Origin: an uncultured delta proteobacterium
GTDB taxonomy: Bacteria > Desulfobacterota > Binatia > Binatales > Binataceae
Reading direction: 5' to 3'
NCBI GenBank assembly: GCA_963765675.1
Contig: CAVXXK010000013.1
Span: forward strand, 1-39,828
Length of the DNA: 39,828 nucleotides
The translations under genes and the position numbers were made by a program. The notes under the pieces are model-generated. The model made no database searches and was not told the DNA's origin. It was given only the letters and a program-made list of their open reading frames with translations. Of this stretch, positions 37,217-39,828 are shown piece after piece. Within the stretch, counting starts at the first letter, position 1. Each line of letters opens with the position of its first letter.

Positions 37217-39667
37217 ATGCCTGACAATCCGATCCACGTCCTCCTGATCGAAGACAATCCCGCCGACATGCGGCTGGTCACTGACGCGCTGGCAGGTAGC
37301 CGCGGCGCGCGTTTCGCGGTGACTATCGCGGATCGACTGGACGCCGCTCTCGAATGCCTGCGCGACGGCCGCTTCGACCTCGTGATACTTGATCTCACCC
37401 GGCCCGATTGCTCGGCGGAAGATGCTGTCGCACGGCTCAACGATAAGGCGGGGCGCCTGCCGATTGTGGTGCTGAGCGAGTTCGAAGACGAACACCTGAG
37501 CCGCAAGATCATAAAGCGCGGAGCGCAGGACTGCCTCGTCAAGCGGCCACTGGATCGGCGGCTGTTGGTCCGTTCGATCCTGAGCGCGATCGAGCGCAAG
37601 CGGATCGAGGCGGAGATCGTCCGGGGCCGCGACGAGGCGCTGGAAGCGGTCGCTATGAAATCCGCCTTTCTGGCGAACATGAGCCACGAGATTCGCACGC
37701 CGATGAACGCGATCGTCGGGATGACCCGGATGCTGCTCGACACCTCGCTCGATTCCGATCAGCGCGAATTCGGCGAGGTGGTGTGGTCGAGCGCGCATTC
37801 TCTGCTGCGCATCATCAACGACATCCTGGACTTCTCGAAAGTCTCGGCGGGCAAGCTGAGACTCGAAGAGATCGACTTCAGTCCGACTGAGACGCTCGAA
37901 AGCGTGATCGGACTGTTCGGCGAGCAAGTGCAGCGCTCCGGGATTGAGCTCGCGACGTTTGTCGATAGCGCCGTGCCGGCATATCTGCGCGGCGATCCGG
38001 TGCGGCTGCGGCAGGTGCTGGTGAATCTGATTGGCAACGCGATCAAGTTCACCGACGCCGGTGAGATCGCGGTGACGGCCGAGTGCGTCGTTGCGTCGAG
38101 CACAGACGCGACTTTGCGTTTCTCGGTTCGTGACACCGGCCCCGGCATTCCGCTCGCGGCGCAAAGATCTCTGTTCCAGGCATTCTACCAGGCCGATGGC
38201 TCGATGACGCGGCGGCATGGCGGGACAGGACTTGGGCTTGCGATCTCGGCGGAGATCGTCGCGCGGATGGGCGGCGAGATCGGAGTTGAGAGCGCTCCCG
38301 GACGCGGGTGCAATTTCTGGTTCACCGCGCGCTTTCGGCTTGGAGCGAACGCCGCTGAAAGCATTGCCGGACCGATGAAAGATCTGCGCGGCCATAGCGT
38401 GCTGCTTTGCGCGCCCGACACTCTTGGCGCGCGTTTTCTGGCCCGGCAAATGAAATCGTGGGGAGCCAGATGCGAGCGCGCGACTACCGCGGCGCAGACA
38501 CTCGCGATCGTTTCCGGCGCGACGCCGGAAGAGACTGCCGATGCGATCCTGATCGATTGTAACCTGGCCGGAATGGAAGGACTTACCCTGGCGCGCCAGC
38601 TCTCCGCCCACACCCGGTTTGCCGGACCTCCGATGCTGGGAATCTGCGATCTCGGGAGACGGCCGGACGGCGCCGCGATGCGCGCGGCCGGGATGCTGGC
38701 GGCGCTGGCCAAGCCGGTGCGCCAATCGGAGTTGTCGAGCTGGCTCCGTACCGCGATCGCGAGCGCGGAAGATCGCTCGCAATCCGACTCCGGGGCGGGC
38801 GCGTCGCCTCGACAGATTCAGCTCAAGCCGTTTCGCGAAATCGCCGAGGCGTTCCCGCGCACGGCGCGCGAGCGGGCGCGAATCCTGCTGGTGGAAGATC
38901 ACGCGGTCAATCGCACAGTGGCGCTCAAGATGCTCAAGCGATTGGAATGCCGCGCCGACTCGGTGAGCAACGGGCGTGAAGCAATCGAGGCGCTCGCGCA
39001 TAGCGCCTACAACATCGTGCTGATGGATTGCCAGATGCCGGGGATGGACGGTTACGAAGTGACGCGCGAGATTCGACGCATGATCGGCGGCACGGCCAAG
39101 ATCGCAGTCATCGGCTTGACCGCGCACGCGCTGGCCGGTGATCGGCAGAAGTGTCTTGACGCCGGAATGGATGACTACCTGAGCAAGCCGTTTCTGCCCG
39201 AGGACCTCGCCGCGATGCTCTCGCGATGGCTCCCGGAAGGCGACGCGGCGACGATCGAAATTACGCAACGCGAAGTTATCCGCGGCATTATCGAACCTCC
39301 CGCGATCGATCCAGCGGCGCTGCGCAACCTCGAAGCGGCAGCCGACGACGGTATCGAGTTCGTCCGCCAACTAATCACCGTGTTCCTGGCCGACCTGGAT
39401 GATCGCGTCGCGGCGATGCGCTCGGGCACGCGCGCCGGCGACCCGACCTCGATCGCGCATGCGGCGCACGCGCTCAAGGGAAGCTGCGGACACTTCGGCG
39501 CGAAGCGGCTGCTCGCGCTCTGCCGCGAGCTCGAGGAGCAAGCGCGCGCGGGCGCGACCGACGGTCCAGCGACGGCGATCATCGATTCGATCGAGCGCGA
39601 ATGCGCTCGCGTGCGCCGCGAACTCGAGAGTCATCTCGTTGCGGCGCAAGTGAATCCGGCGGGTTGA
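37217..39667 (+). CDS. Cytoplasmic hybrid histidine kinase (REC-HisKA-HATPase-REC-REC-Hpt)
   Basis: VLLIED..ILDL, FLANMSHEIRTPMN, NLIGNAIKFT, DTGPGI, GGTGLGL, LLVED..LMDCQMPGMDG..LSKP, AHALKGS. Confidence 0.95.
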   Translation: MPDNPIHVLLIEDNPADMRLVTDALAGSRGARFAVTIADRLDAALECLRDGRFDLVILDLTRPDCSAEDAVARLNDKAGRLPIVVLSEFEDEHLSRKIIKRGAQDCLVKRPLDRRLLVRSILSAIERKRIEAEIVRGRDEALEAVAMKSAFLANMSHEIRTPMNAIVGMTRMLLDTSLDSDQREFGEVVWSSAHSLLRIINDILDFSKVSAGKLRLEEIDFSPTETLESVIGLFGEQVQRSGIELATFVDSAVPAYLRGDPVRLRQVLVNLIGNAIKFTDAGEIAVTAECVVASSTDATLRFSVRDTGPGIPLAAQRSLFQAFYQADGSMTRRHGGTGLGLAISAEIVARMGGEIGVESAPGRGCNFWFTARFRLGANAAESIAGPMKDLRGHSVLLCAPDTLGARFLARQMKSWGARCERATTAAQTLAIVSGATPEETADAILIDCNLAGMEGLTLARQLSAHTRFAGPPMLGICDLGRRPDGAAMRAAGMLAALAKPVRQSELSSWLRTAIASAEDRSQSDSGAGASPRQIQLKPFREIAEAFPRTARERARILLVEDHAVNRTVALKMLKRLECRADSVSNGREAIEALAHSAYNIVLMDCQMPGMDGYEVTREIRRMIGGTAKIAVIGLTAHALAGDRQKCLDAGMDDYLSKPFLPEDLAAMLSRWLPEGDAATIEITQREVIRGIIEPPAIDPAALRNLEAAADDGIEFVRQLITVFLADLDDRVAAMRSGTRAGDPTSIAHAAHALKGSCGHFGAKRLLALCRELEEQARAGATDGPATAIIDSIERECARVRRELESHLVAAQVNPAG

Positions 39668-39761
39668 GAAGCGCGCTTCGGGCCGTTTCGCCGCACTCCA
39701 ATTGATAGGCTTGGGATGGCATGATAACTCTTCCCTTCCCGAGAGTTTGAACCATGGCGCG

Positions 39762-39828
39762 GGCGGCGTACCCAAGTGGTTAAGGGAGAGGTCTGCAAAA
39801 CCTCCATGCATCGGTTCAATCCGATCGC
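39762..39828 (+). tRNA. tRNA-Cys(GCA), 3' end cut by window edge
   Basis: GGCGGCG acceptor 5' strand, CCCAAGTGGTTAAGGG D-arm, GAGGT-CTGCAAA-ACCTC anticodon arm; the T-loop reads TTCAAT, one base short. Confidence 0.92.

Noticed and set aside
37151-39370. Long antisense ORFs (739 aa here; also 25053-26612, 12700-13845, 20458-21498)
   Set aside because: Shadow frames of GC-rich genes: Arg/Ala-rich, no motifs, each fully opposite a well-supported CDS.

Overview
A GC-rich bacterial chromosomal segment. Gene style suggests a deltaproteobacteria-related lineage such as Candidatus Binatota; this is inference, not a database result. The left ~16.8 kb is housekeeping: partial tRNA, gshB, rsmE, prmA, a glycerophosphodiester phosphodiesterase coupled to dnaG, tRNA-Ile2(CAU), a C4 zinc-ribbon protein, RNase P RNA, an ArsA-like ATPase, rmuC, an MBL/ODP di-iron protein, a Fem-like GNAT gene divergent from clpS-clpA, nadB, pgsA and tRNA-Gly(GCC). 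The ~23 kb between tRNA-Gly and tRNA-Cys at the right edge is accessory. It holds an AT-richer remnant with small ORFs, a crotonase, a TonB-dependent receptor, a secreted beta-propeller protein, a USP-like protein, an lvaC-lvaA-lvaB-like trio, two lipoproteins, SRAP, a compact 7-gene caa3 oxidase plus Rieske/cytochrome b-c operon, DUF169 and a sensor-less hybrid kinase. Several conserved genes carry single-base frameshifts that look like sequencing errors. No CRISPR array, rRNA, transposase or integrase was seen. The best leads are the putative III-IV supercomplex operon, the Fem-like GNAT next to clpSA (a candidate N-degron transferase), the lva-like module and the split tRNA-Gly/tRNA-Cys cluster.
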